Source: an uncultured Candidatus Saccharibacteria bacterium
GTDB lineage: Bacteria; Patescibacteriota; Minisyncoccia; Phycocordibacterales; UBA12088
Length of the DNA stretch: 64,000 bases
NCBI GenBank assembly: GCA_964531785.1
Contig: CAZHFF010000001.1
Location: 229,997-293,996 of the forward strand
Reading direction: 5' to 3'
Of this stretch, positions 34,454 to 43,321 are shown in pieces. The notes beneath the pieces are model-generated. The model was not told the origin of the DNA. It made no database searches and worked only from the letters and a program-made list of their open reading frames with translations. Each line of letters begins with the position of its first letter. Positions within the stretch are counted from its first letter, which is position 1. The position numbers were made by a program, and so were the translations under genes.

Positions 34454-36253
34454 ATGCGGAGAATACGCAACTTTTCGATCATCGCCCACATCGACCACGG
34501 CAAATCCACGCTCGCTGACCGCATGCTGGACTATACCGGCACGATCGAAAAACGGCTCATGCGTGATCAAGTGCTCGATCGCATGGAACTGGAGCGTGAG
34601 CGTGGCATTACGATCAAGATGCAGCCCGTGCGTATGTCGTATCGGCCGTCCTTCGACCGGGACCACGAGTATGTTCTTAACCTGATCGACACACCAGGAC
34701 ATATCGACTTTTCCTACGAAGTATCACGGGCGCTGCTAGCAGTGGAAGGTGTCGTGCTCCTGGTTGACGCGACCCAGGGTGTCCAGGCGCAAACACTGAC
34801 AACGCTCGGCATGGCTCGTAGTGCCGGGCTCGTGGTCATCCCTGTTGTGTCAAAGGTCGACGCGCCACTTGCGCGCACCGATGAGGTCAAGCTCGAAATA
34901 GCGGAGCTGCTCGGATGCGACATTGCTCACGTGATAGAGACGAGCGGTAAGACCGGGGCCGGTGTGCCGGAGCTGTTGGACACCATCGTGCATCTCGTGC
35001 CCGCACCGAAAACGAGCGATAGTGCCTCCGGATTCCGGGGCCTCGTGTTCGATTTTCAGTATTCGAACCACCGTGGCGTCATCGTATACCTGAGAACGGT
35101 CGATGGTACGGTGAAGAAAGGTGATCGGCTACGCTTCTGCGCATCAAAGAGTACGTTCCAAGCGCTTGAGGTCGGTATATTCTCGCCGGACGCGGTCCCC
35201 GCAGAAGCGCTTGTCGAGGGGGCGATCGGGTACGTGGTGACGGGGATCAAGGAACCGGGAGTCGCTACGGTCGGTGACACCATTGTACGCGCAGACGAAG
35301 CCTCTGTGCCACTTGCAGGATATGAGCGACCTGTTCCTGTGGTCTGGGCGAGCGTCTATCCTGAGAGTCAGGACGATTTTGTACCGCTCAGGCAGGCGCT
35401 CGCTCGACTTAGGTTATCCGACAGCTCATTGTCGTTCGAGGAGGAGACCAGTGGTGTGTTGGGCAGGGGATATCGGTGCGGTTTCCTTGGCATGCTCCAT
35501 CTCGAGATCATCACCGAGCGGTTACGCCGCGAGTTCAACCTAGAACTCATCGTGACGTCGCCTTCGATCACCTATGAGGTGACCTTGACCAATGGTGAGC
35601 GCATGACCGTGTATTCGCCGCATAAGTTCCCGGACCAGGCAAAGATACGCTCGGTCGAAGAGCCGTGGGCGGTCGTGGTGCTCATGGCTCCCGGAAGCTA
35701 TATAGGGGCGATCATGCAGGTCTTGTATGAACATGAAGCCTCTGCACGTGCTACAGAGACTTTCGGGGACGGGCGTACAAGGGTTGTGATCGACATGCCC
35801 CTAAGGGAACTCATGAGGAATTTCTTTGACAAGATAAAAAGTGTCAGTTCTGGTTTTGCATCGATTTCGTATGAGTTCGGCGAGCAGCGACCTGCCGATG
35901 TTGTTCGTATGGACGTGCTCATCGCCGAGGAACCGGTCCCAGCGTTTACCCGTGTTATTGCCCGCAGGAGACTTGAGGAAGAAGCGGAGGAAGTGGTGGA
36001 GCGGCTTCACCAGGTACTGCCGCGCCAGCAGTTTACCACGAAGATACAGGCAACGGCCCTCGGGCGTATCATCAGTTCGAGAACATTGCAGGCGTTTCGG
36101 AAGGATGTCACCGCGAAACTCTATGGAGGGGACATCACCCGTAAAATGAAGCTCCTGGAGAAGCAGAAGAAGGGCAAAAAACGGCTCAAACAAGGCGGTA
36201 AGGTGAACATACCGCACGATGTCTTCCTAAAGATGATGCAAACGGGACAGTGA
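34454..36253 (+). CDS. lepA: Translation elongation factor 4
   Basis: IRNFSIIAHIDHGKSTLADR, DTPGHIDF, and LepA C-terminal YGGDITRKMKLLEKQKKGKKR. Confidence 0.95.
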   Translation: MRRIRNFSIIAHIDHGKSTLADRMLDYTGTIEKRLMRDQVLDRMELERERGITIKMQPVRMSYRPSFDRDHEYVLNLIDTPGHIDFSYEVSRALLAVEGVVLLVDATQGVQAQTLTTLGMARSAGLVVIPVVSKVDAPLARTDEVKLEIAELLGCDIAHVIETSGKTGAGVPELLDTIVHLVPAPKTSDSASGFRGLVFDFQYSNHRGVIVYLRTVDGTVKKGDRLRFCASKSTFQALEVGIFSPDAVPAEALVEGAIGYVVTGIKEPGVATVGDTIVRADEASVPLAGYERPVPVVWASVYPESQDDFVPLRQALARLRLSDSSLSFEEETSGVLGRGYRCGFLGMLHLEIITERLRREFNLELIVTSPSITYEVTLTNGERMTVYSPHKFPDQAKIRSVEEPWAVVVLMAPGSYIGAIMQVLYEHEASARATETFGDGRTRVVIDMPLRELMRNFFDKIKSVSSGFASISYEFGEQRPADVVRMDVLIAEEPVPAFTRVIARRRLEEEAEEVVERLHQVLPRQQFTTKIQATALGRIISSRTLQAFRKDVTAKLYGGDITRKMKLLEKQKKGKKRLKQGGKVNIPHDVFLKMMQTGQ

Positions 36254-36268
36254 CCACGCTCTGGTGTA

Positions 36269-36544
36269 CTAGAACGTGAAGTCGAGGGGTGCGGGTGGTG
36301 GAGTCGGGGGCAGGTTCGGCTCGTCTTCGGTTGGATCTGCGTCCGTGGTGAGCGGCTCCGATCCGGTCGCGTCGCGGATCACGTTCTCATTGCTGATCTC
36401 GACCGGCGGTGTGTTCGTGGTGCTACTTGTTCCCGAGAGCAAAGTAAAGCCCGAGTAGGCGAATACCATGCTCAGGGCGATGATGATCGAAAAACCGCCC
36501 CAGAGGTATTTTATGACTTTCTTCGTCCTTTTGTGGAACAGCAT
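36269..36544 (-). CDS. Hypothetical small membrane-anchored protein
   Basis: Single TM helix plus a Pro/Thr-rich tail. Confidence 0.4.
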   Translation of the reverse strand: MLFHKRTKKVIKYLWGGFSIIIALSMVFAYSGFTLLSGTSSTTNTPPVEISNENVIRDATGSEPLTTDADPTEDEPNLPPTPPPAPLDFTF

Positions 36545-36614
36545 AGCTGGGGATGACCTTAGGTGTTTTTCAAAGTATGATTAGAGTACCACAGAGCGTG
36601 GACCTTGCAAACGT

Positions 36615-36995
36615 ATGGCAAATTTCTATAGGCGTCGCCAGTTCATGCGGCTTCTCTACTCGAGGCTGGCGATCATAGTGTTGCTCGTCCCCGTGTTCTT
36701 CTTCGGCTATGCCGCCTACAACGCCTACGGCAAGTCAACAGAAGCCGAGGTCAAGCGTCTGGCCGTTGAGGAAGAACTTGCTCGGGTCACGGAGCGGGAA
36801 AACGTGCTGCTCGCTGACCTTGAGGTCCTTGAGAGCTCGCGCGGTGTTGAGGAGGCGCTGCGCTCGCGGTATTTGGTCGGCCGGGAAGGTGAACAGGTGA
36901 TCATGCTCATTGACAACGAGTTAGAACCTGTTGCTTCGCCAGTGTACGTGCCACCTCCGAGCTTGTGGGCACGCGTCATTAGTATAGTATTCTAA
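36615..36995 (+). CDS. Septum-formation-initiator-like (FtsB/DivIC-type) protein
   Basis: N-terminal TM helix followed by a coiled coil. Assignment rests on architecture only. Confidence 0.45.
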   Translation: MANFYRRRQFMRLLYSRLAIIVLLVPVFFFGYAAYNAYGKSTEAEVKRLAVEEELARVTERENVLLADLEVLESSRGVEEALRSRYLVGREGEQVIMLIDNELEPVASPVYVPPPSLWARVISIVF

Positions 36996-37036
36996 GCACG
37001 CAGGGAAGCTCCTCTGCGGGCAGATCGAGCAGATAG

Positions 37037-37110
37037 GCGAGTATCGTTTAGTGGCAGGACGCGACCTTCCCAAGGTTGAGACGGGAGTTCGATTCTCCCT
37101 ACTCGCACCA
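37037..37110 (+). tRNA. tRNA-Gly (anticodon CCC), CCA encoded
   Basis: Acceptor GCGAGTA/TACTCGC, anticodon arm CGACC-TTCCCAA-GGTTG, T-loop GTTCGATTC, 3' ACCA. Confidence 0.9.
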
Positions 37111-37188
37111 TAACACATATCGACTCCACCCTGTCCGGCACAGGTCATTGGTGCAAGGCGCGACCAGAGTACATAGCGCGTACGTGTG

Positions 37189-37197
37189 TGCTATACT
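37189..37197 (+). promoter_or_regulatory. Extended -10 TGCTATACT
   Basis: Upstream of the glutaredoxin-like gene. Confidence 0.45.
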
Positions 37198-37225
37198 GCT
37201 CATGTTACTATCCTAATGTTGCACT

Positions 37226-37465
37226 ATGGATAAGAAAGTGACCATTTACAGCACGCCTACTTGCCATTTCTGTCATATGGCAAAGGAGTACCTGCAAGAG
37301 CAGAACATTGCGTTCGAGGAGTTCGACGTGGCGAGCGACCTTGAAAAGCGTCAGGAAATGGTGCAAAAAAGCGGCCAAATGGGTGTCCCGGTCATATTCA
37401 TAGGCGAAGATATGCTGATCGGCTTTGATAAGTCACGCATGGCGAGCCTGCTCGGTATCGCGTAG
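37226..37465 (+). CDS. Glutaredoxin-family protein (NrdH/Grx-like)
   Basis: VTIYSTPTCHFCHMAKEYL CxxC motif, GVPVIFI, 79 aa. Confidence 0.85.
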   Translation: MDKKVTIYSTPTCHFCHMAKEYLQEQNIAFEEFDVASDLEKRQEMVQKSGQMGVPVIFIGEDMLIGFDKSRMASLLGIA

Positions 37466-37488
37466 GAGAGCGGCTAGCCAGGTCGTTC

Positions 37489-37515
37489 CAAAAGCGCGGC
37501 TTGGCCGCGCTTTTG
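37489..37515 (+). terminator. Rho-independent terminator
   Basis: CAAAAGCGCGGC-TTG-GCCGCGCTTTTG with a T-run. Confidence 0.75.
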
Positions 37516-37524
37516 ATGAAAATG

Positions 37525-37533
37525 TGGTAGAGT
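37525..37533 (+). promoter_or_regulatory. Extended -10 TGGTAGAGT before tRNA-Arg
   Basis: Lies 12 nt upstream of the tRNA 5' end. Confidence 0.45.
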
Positions 37534-37545
37534 GTGGAACGTGTC

Positions 37546-37617
37546 GCCCTCGTAGCTCAATGGATAGAGCTATCCCGTCCTAAGGGAGAGATGTGGGTTC
37601 GATTCCTGCCGAGGGCA
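37546..37617 (+). tRNA. tRNA-Arg (anticodon CCU)
   Basis: Acceptor GCCCTCG/CGAGGGC, D-arm GCTC..GAGC, anticodon loop GTCCTAA, T-arm GTGGG-TTCGATT-CCTGC. No encoded CCA. Confidence 0.85.
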
Positions 37618-37651
37618 CATGTAAGCGAAGCGATCCCTGAGCCAACAGGAG

Positions 37652-37700
37652 CTTAGCTTCCGGGTCCCTAAGTGCCTATTTTAGGGACCCGGAAGCTAAG
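37652..37700. repeat. Palindromic element copy 1 (CTTAGCTTCCGGGTCCCTAA-N9-TTAGGGACCCGGAAGCTAAG)
   Basis: 20-bp perfect arms and a 9-nt loop. The core is shared with copies at 45542, 47816 and 48149. Confidence 0.85.
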
Positions 37701-37748
37701 TGAAGCGGACACCGCTACCTGCACAAGATGCTGTGGGGTAGTGTAAAG

Positions 37749-38108
37749 ATGAGCTATACTGATCGCATGGGTGTGTATACCGACAGTGACCTGGACGACC
37801 TTGTGCGTGAGAACCTTCGTCTTACCCAAGAGAACAACAAGCTGCTCAAGAAGATCCGACGTTCCGAGGTTGTCAATTTTTGGATACGCATCCTGTTCTT
37901 TTTGGTGCTCATAGGGGTTCCGATCCTCGTGTATCAGTACTACCTGGAGCCGTATGTACAGGAACTCTTTGCCACGTACCAGCGTATGCAGGAAGACGCG
38001 GCAAGTGTGAGAGATCTTTCATCAAAGCTCTCTGTGCCAGATGGTTTGAAGGCCCTTCTGCCGGGGGGAGGGGAAAGCGCCACGGACCAGGTGGTTCCGC
38101 AGCGGTAG
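37749..38108 (+). CDS. Hypothetical single-pass membrane protein
   Basis: Coiled-coil N-terminus, one TM helix (FWIRILFFLVLIGVPILVY). Confidence 0.5.
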   Translation: MSYTDRMGVYTDSDLDDLVRENLRLTQENNKLLKKIRRSEVVNFWIRILFFLVLIGVPILVYQYYLEPYVQELFATYQRMQEDAASVRDLSSKLSVPDGLKALLPGGGESATDQVVPQR

Positions 38109-38118
38109 GGTTTTTGTA

Positions 38119-38361
38119 TATGGCGTCCGTGTACCTTTAAAAGGCGCTACAGGCCGATTCTATGTAGGCAGTACCAACAACCTGCGGCGGCCGACTCGCA
38201 CAGCATCAGACAGGCCATACACACAGTACCAAACGACTTGGTCCACTCGAGTTGGTGTTTTCGCAACAGTATGAGACAATACATGCGGTAAGGACGGTAG
38301 AAAATAGATTGAAAAAGCCTAAAAAACGTGCTTATATTGAACAGATAGTCGCGGATGGATA
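38119..38361 (+). pseudogene. GIY-YIG nuclease (UPF0213/YhbQ-like) pseudogene with two frameshifts
   Basis: Frame a reads MASVYL. Frame c reads LKGATGRFYVGSTNNLRR. Frame a resumes with RLAQHQTGHTHSTKRLGPLELVFSQQYETIHAVRTVENRLKK. In-frame stops at 38137 and 38164. Confidence 0.6.
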
Positions 38362-38393
38362 GATAAAAATAAGTTCGGAAAGGAACATCTTAA

Positions 38394-38466
38394 GCTGAGG
38401 TAGCTCAGTTGGTAGAGCATTCGCCTGAAGAGCGAAGGGTCGGCGGTTCAAGCCCGCCCCTCAGCA
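38394..38466 (+). tRNA. tRNA-Phe (anticodon GAA)
   Basis: Acceptor GCTGAGG/CCTCAGC, anticodon arm TTCGC-CTGAAGA-GCGAA, T-arm GGCGG-TTCAAGC-CCGCC. Confidence 0.9.
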
Positions 38467-38485
38467 CACTGTTGAGCGTACAAGT

Positions 38486-38515
38486 TATGCGGGATACCTC
38501 CTGGTATCCCGCATA
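38486..38515. terminator. Bidirectional hairpin between tRNA-Phe and the convergent gene
   Basis: TATGCGGGATACC-TCCT-GGTATCCCGCATA, 13-bp stem. Confidence 0.5.
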
Positions 38516-38529
38516 GTCGGTGCCTGTGG

Positions 38530-39117
38530 TCAGCCACGTTTGGCCTCAAATCGCTTTTCCGGAAAGAGGCAGTAGATGACCGACCTAAGCCACCACATAA
38601 GGATGAGCATGCGCACGTAAACGCGTTTTTCGCCGCTGCGAGCCGCGAGCTGTTGCTGGATTCTGCCTTTGTAATTATCATAGATATCGGCGTCGAGATC
38701 GTGCAAATGTTTTTCACGAACGATCTCGAACACTTGATCTTGAGCCTCGCGCGGCATCTTGAGCAGTCCGCGCACGATCACAAAGCAGAGGCAGTCTCCT
38801 TTTCGTAGGATGCTGTCCTGTAAGCCAGCGTTTTCGTCGTTCTCGTCCTTGTGGTATTCGGCAAACGAGAGCGATCCGAGTCTCTGCAGCAAGGGAGCAA
38901 TGTCGGCAGTCAGACGTGCCGCTTCACGTTCCGGTGCGTTGCTGCCCAGGTATTGGATCAGCAACAGTGCCGCGATAGATTCTCGAGGCAGGTTGTAGTA
39001 CCAGATCACGTCGCCAAAATTTTCACGCATATAGTGCCAGTTTGTTGGCGACAGTGCGTCTGTGTAGATGCTGTGTTCCAGCCTACGCAGTGCCGCACGC
39101 AACAAGTTCGCAACCAT
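38530..39117 (-). CDS. Hypothetical protein
   Basis: 195-aa ORF with a C-terminal hydrophobic helix. No motif recognised. Confidence 0.5.
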   Translation of the reverse strand: MVANLLRAALRRLEHSIYTDALSPTNWHYMRENFGDVIWYYNLPRESIAALLLIQYLGSNAPEREAARLTADIAPLLQRLGSLSFAEYHKDENDENAGLQDSILRKGDCLCFVIVRGLLKMPREAQDQVFEIVREKHLHDLDADIYDNYKGRIQQQLAARSGEKRVYVRMLILMWWLRSVIYCLFPEKRFEAKRG

Positions 39118-39229
39118 GGTGCCCCTCCTAGCAGGACGTTTTTTGCCTACGTTATGGTATACACCCGGTACCAGAGGACGTCAACACCCGTTTGTCAACG
39201 GGTGTTCATAAGTCGACGTGTGGCACTAC

Positions 39230-39739
39230 TTAGCCACTTTTTACCTTGAGCTTGGTCTGCCGTTCCTTGTCGATCTTTGGAAGGCGGATGGTCAATAGGC
39301 CATGCTTCTCAAGCGCCTGCGCGCCCTCCACCTCGATCTCTGCCGGAAGGAGCACGGTCCGAGAGAACGAGCCCCAATAGAGCTCTTTATGAAAATAGTT
39401 ATCGTCAGAAACCTCTTTGTTCTCCTCGCGCATACCGCGGATCACCACCATATCACGTGAGATAGAGAGGTCAAGGTCCTCAGGACGTACGCCCGCTACA
39501 ATGCTGCGGATGACGATCTCTTCTGGAGTTTGAAAAACGTCGACGGTAAGCTGGCCTTCGGTCACCTCCTCCTCTTGCCATTCCTGTCTGTCTGGCTGAG
39601 GCGTGTCACGCCGGTCTTCTGTGTACTCACGAGCGGTACGTCGTAGCCGGGGCTCCTCCTCGTAGACATCATCATAACCATCGTCCGCATCAACGGTTCC
39701 GGTTAGACGTTGGAAAAAGGATTGTTTCGCTCGTGGCAT
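39230..39739 (-). CDS. Small heat-shock protein, Hsp20 family (second copy, acidic N-extension)
   Basis: Alpha-crystallin motifs QLTVDVFQTPEEIVIRSIVAGV.PEDLDLSI, F.R.VLLP and HGLLTIRLPK. Start at the internal ATG (MPRAKQ). Confidence 0.85.
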   Translation of the reverse strand: MPRAKQSFFQRLTGTVDADDGYDDVYEEEPRLRRTAREYTEDRRDTPQPDRQEWQEEEVTEGQLTVDVFQTPEEIVIRSIVAGVRPEDLDLSISRDMVVIRGMREENKEVSDDNYFHKELYWGSFSRTVLLPAEIEVEGAQALEKHGLLTIRLPKIDKERQTKLKVKSG

Positions 39740-39750
39740 GGCAAGAAGTA

Positions 39751-40509
39751 TTAGCTGCGTATACGAGTAACTTTTTTTACGCGCTCGAACAAAAGAAAGA
39801 GCACGATGATACCGAGCCAGACCGAGAAGAATACCAGTGCAGTTCTTCCTCCGCTCGAAGTAATTATATGGTGATTGAACTGCGCGTGCAATATGACAGC
39901 GGTCAACAGTCCTGTGCATAACGCCAGGAATTGAACGATAAAGGACCGATAGAACGTGAGTGCGATGAAGAACCCGATAAGTGCGGACGAAAGGGTGTGG
40001 ATCAGTGCAGCGCCCAGGAACCGTAGATTGCCGGTCAATATGCCGGCAAGCAGGTCACCGCGGCCGAGCGGGTCCATGAGGAAGAGGCCGGTTTCGAACG
40101 CGGCAAAACCGAGCGCAGCGCTGATGAGGTAGATCATGACGTCTATTGGCTCATCCACAGCGCGGCGCCACAGTACCAGAGCGAGTACCGCAGCATACTT
40201 CAGAAGCTCCTCGATAGCTGCCCAAAGGAAGACCGGTTCCACACCGGGCAGGTCACGGCAGTATCCAACGACCTGCCACGGGTGCGCAAGGAACGAGGTT
40301 TGTGGCCATATGGAAGCGGCGAGGCACTTGGCGAGCATTTCCAGCGGCAGCGCGAAGAGGACCGCGAGCATGCCGCCGAGGAAGGACACGAGGATGAGCC
40401 ACTTCGGCTCCGGGTGTGCCTGGTCCTCACGCAAAAAGAACCATAACCAAAGGAGGGCTGGCAGAAGGCCTCCGAGCATGGCAATGAAGATTGTCGAGCC
40501 TAAGGGCAC
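39751..40509 (-). CDS. prsW: PrsW-family intramembrane metalloprotease
   Basis: Polytopic membrane protein with AIEELLKY, GFAAFE and H..SSA motifs. Confidence 0.8.
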   Translation of the reverse strand: MPLGSTIFIAMLGGLLPALLWLWFFLREDQAHPEPKWLILVSFLGGMLAVLFALPLEMLAKCLAASIWPQTSFLAHPWQVVGYCRDLPGVEPVFLWAAIEELLKYAAVLALVLWRRAVDEPIDVMIYLISAALGFAAFETGLFLMDPLGRGDLLAGILTGNLRFLGAALIHTLSSALIGFFIALTFYRSFIVQFLALCTGLLTAVILHAQFNHHIITSSGGRTALVFFSVWLGIIVLFLLFERVKKVTRIRS

Positions 40510-40566
40510 ACTGTAAGTATATGGTAGAAGGGAGAAGGTAGAAAGGTGGCTATATACAGGCGTTTA

Positions 40567-40603
40567 GAAGTTAAAGGTCAAAAGCACAGGTCAAAGTTCA
40601 AAC
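40567..40603. repeat. Solo arm of the AT-rich repeat family
   Basis: GAAGTTAAAGGTCAAAAGCACAGGTCAAAGTTCAAAC. Shares the 12-mer AAAGGTCAAAAG with 19884-19895. Confidence 0.5.
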
Positions 40604-40722
40604 GTTCCTTCGTGCCTCGCAATAACGATGGAGAAATTCGTTGATGAGCAGTGCCGAACTTAGGTACAGCGTGCACACGTTCACATTCGCACGCGCTTCC
40701 CATACGGCAAATAGGCAGCGAC

Positions 40723-42912
40723 CTATTTGCTCGGCCATGGCGCGACCATAAGGAGCTCGCTGTCTTTTTCCGGCAGTGCTTGCCATATCTCTTCGGTCAC
40801 GAAGGGAATGAAAGGGTGAAGCAGCTTGAGCTGAAGCACGAGCATGTGGTAGAGCGTCGCCGCACGCTGTGCCTTTCGTTCCTCATCGTCACCCCGAAGT
40901 ATCTCCTTTGACTGCTCAAGTATCTCTGCTGCGAAACGGTCCCAGGTGTAGTGGTAGAGCTTGTCTGCGGCAAGGTAGAGGCGAAATGCCTCCACATCAC
41001 TAGTTATGTCACGGGCTAGCTCCTCCAGTTCAGCGATGAGCGATCGGTCATCCGGGTGCGTCAGGTCAGTCGCAGCTCCGCCGACCTCGTCGTACGCAGT
41101 GATCACGAAACGAGCGATGTTCCAGACCTTGTTCGTGAAATGCTTGTACCCCTTGACGCGCTGTTCTGACAGCTTGATGTCATTGCCCGCCGCTGCGCCG
41201 ATGATGAGCGATAAACGAGTCGCATCGGCACCATACCTAGCTATCATGTCGACCGGGTCAATGATGTTGCCGATCGATTTGCTCATCTTTCGGCCTTTTT
41301 CATCGCGCACGAGTCCGTGGAGGTAGGCATATGAGAACGGCTTTTCACCCAGGAGCGCGGTGCTCATCAGTATCATACGGGCGATCCAGAAGAAAAGTAT
41401 GTCATAGCCGGTCTCGAGCACCGTTGTGGGATGGTATGCCTTAAGGTCTTCTGTTCGATCGGGCCATCCGAGCGTCGAGAAGGTCCACAGGCCGGAAGAG
41501 AACCAGGTGTCGAGCGTGTCCTCGTCTTGCGTCCAGCCCTCGCCTTCCGGCGCCTCGACGCCAACATATAGCTCGTCACCGCGGTACCATACCGGGACCC
41601 GGTGGCCGAACCAGATCTGTCGGGAGATGCACCAGTCACGAAGGTTGTCTATCCAGTGGTAGTAGATCTTCTCAAAGTGATCAGGCAATATGCGGGTCTC
41701 CCCGGTCTCAACGACCTTTCGCATGAGCTCCTTGAGCGTCACTTCGCTCCCGTGAGGTACGCCCTTTATATTCGAATGCTCCAGGGTAAAGGTCTTATTC
41801 ACGGCGACGAACCACTGCTCCTTGATCTGTGGCTCGATCATGCCGCCACCGCGGCTGTTCGTTGCCACACTGTGGGTGTACGTTTCGTCCGTGCGAACGA
41901 GAAGCCCCTTCTCCTTGAGCCGTTCCACGATGAGCGGGCGAGCTTTCTTTATATGTTGTCCCGCGAATTCGCCAGCTGTCGGGAGCAGGAGCCCACGTTC
42001 ATCGATGATCTGCTCCTTTTCCAGCCCATGACGCTCCGCTATCTCGAAGTCTATTGCAGAGTGCCAGGGCGTGATGGTCATCACGCCGGTCCCGACCTCC
42101 ATCTCCGCAGCTTCATCCTTGATGATGGTCGCGGTGATAGGGCCATTGATCCACTCGAGCTCTATCTTCTGGCCATGCGTGTAGGCCTTGTACCGCTCAT
42201 CGTCGGGGTGCATCACAACATACTTGTCACCGAACTTGGTCTCGGGTCGAACTGTTCCAATGACGAACGGCCCGTACTGGAGGTAGTAGAACGGGTCTTG
42301 TTGTTCCACTCGCTCTACCTCATCATCAGAGACCGTCGTCTGCATCTTTGGGTCCCAGTTAACAATGCGGTGACCGCGGTAGATAAGGCCCATTTCATAG
42401 AGTCGCACGAACGCGTACATGACCGCTCGATACCGGTCTTCATCAAGTGTATAAGCGAGACGGCTCCAATCGAGCGACGAGCCCATCTTTCGAACCTGGC
42501 CGAGTATGGTGGCTTTGCTCTGTTCGGCGAACTCATTGACGCGTCGGAGGAGCTCCTCACGCCCTAGGTCGCTACGTGTTTTTTTCTCCGCTTTATATAT
42601 GTCGGCTTCGACCTTGCTTTGCGTGGCAAGTGCCGCCGAGTCGGTGCCGGGTATCCAGAGCGTTCGGTCGCCCTTCATCCGGTGGTAGCGCACGAGAATG
42701 TCCTCGACCGCGAGCATCGCTGCGTGTCCCATGTGGAGCGTTCCAGTGACGTTCGGTGGGGGAAGGACGAGCGCGAACGAGGCTGCGTCTGCCTGTGTGA
42801 CGCCATGCTCAATGCACACATCGGGGTTAAAAAGGCCGCTTTCTTCCCAACGCCTATATATTGCGTCTTCCGTTGCGCCCGGGTCGTAGGGCTTGAGGAA
42901 CTTCTCATGCAT
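40723..42912 (-). CDS. valS: Valine--tRNA ligase (short form)
   Basis: PPPNVTGTLHMGHA (HIGH), RKMSKSIGN (KMSKS), and the editing-domain region. Start at MHEKFLKPYDP. Confidence 0.95.
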   Translation of the reverse strand: MHEKFLKPYDPGATEDAIYRRWEESGLFNPDVCIEHGVTQADAASFALVLPPPNVTGTLHMGHAAMLAVEDILVRYHRMKGDRTLWIPGTDSAALATQSKVEADIYKAEKKTRSDLGREELLRRVNEFAEQSKATILGQVRKMGSSLDWSRLAYTLDEDRYRAVMYAFVRLYEMGLIYRGHRIVNWDPKMQTTVSDDEVERVEQQDPFYYLQYGPFVIGTVRPETKFGDKYVVMHPDDERYKAYTHGQKIELEWINGPITATIIKDEAAEMEVGTGVMTITPWHSAIDFEIAERHGLEKEQIIDERGLLLPTAGEFAGQHIKKARPLIVERLKEKGLLVRTDETYTHSVATNSRGGGMIEPQIKEQWFVAVNKTFTLEHSNIKGVPHGSEVTLKELMRKVVETGETRILPDHFEKIYYHWIDNLRDWCISRQIWFGHRVPVWYRGDELYVGVEAPEGEGWTQDEDTLDTWFSSGLWTFSTLGWPDRTEDLKAYHPTTVLETGYDILFFWIARMILMSTALLGEKPFSYAYLHGLVRDEKGRKMSKSIGNIIDPVDMIARYGADATRLSLIIGAAAGNDIKLSEQRVKGYKHFTNKVWNIARFVITAYDEVGGAATDLTHPDDRSLIAELEELARDITSDVEAFRLYLAADKLYHYTWDRFAAEILEQSKEILRGDDEERKAQRAATLYHMLVLQLKLLHPFIPFVTEEIWQALPEKDSELLMVAPWPSK

Positions 42913-42995
42913 ATCCGAGATAGTACCACAGGTCATGGGCTAATCCAGCGCAGGGCAAGCGACATGCAGTTGCGTAGCAAGGGAACGAATTAACA

Positions 42996-43024
42996 TTGAC
43001 AAACAAGCAAAACAAGAGCATAAT
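42996..43024 (+). promoter_or_regulatory. Promoter TTGACA-N17-CATAAT
   Basis: Followed by the SD GAGGAGGAGG before the TTG start at 43060. Confidence 0.55.
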
Positions 43025-43059
43025 GGTGTCAGTAGTGAGGATAGTGAGGAGGAGGTACC

Positions 43060-43311
43060 TTGAGGATACTGCGAGCGCTTTTTGAATACCTGCATCATGC
43101 ACGGTTGCTCGGACAGTACCGAGCGGCGTGTCTCGCGCCTAATGCACACCGGGGCCAGTTCGCTCGCTTGAACGGTAACGAGTGGGCTCGTATCAAGAGC
43201 GCCCCGCAGCATGGCCGGCGTATCTGGGCACTTGACTGGGACGGACTGACCGTCTACGCGGATTCACATATGATCCGTGAGATCGATGACGCAAGCGTGT
43301 TCGGCTACTAG
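43060..43311 (+). CDS. Hypothetical small protein
   Basis: Strong SD and an upstream consensus promoter. Confidence 0.5.
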   Translation: MRILRALFEYLHHARLLGQYRAACLAPNAHRGQFARLNGNEWARIKSAPQHGRRIWALDWDGLTVYADSHMIREIDDASVFGY

Positions 43312-43321
43312 GAGGGCAGGT

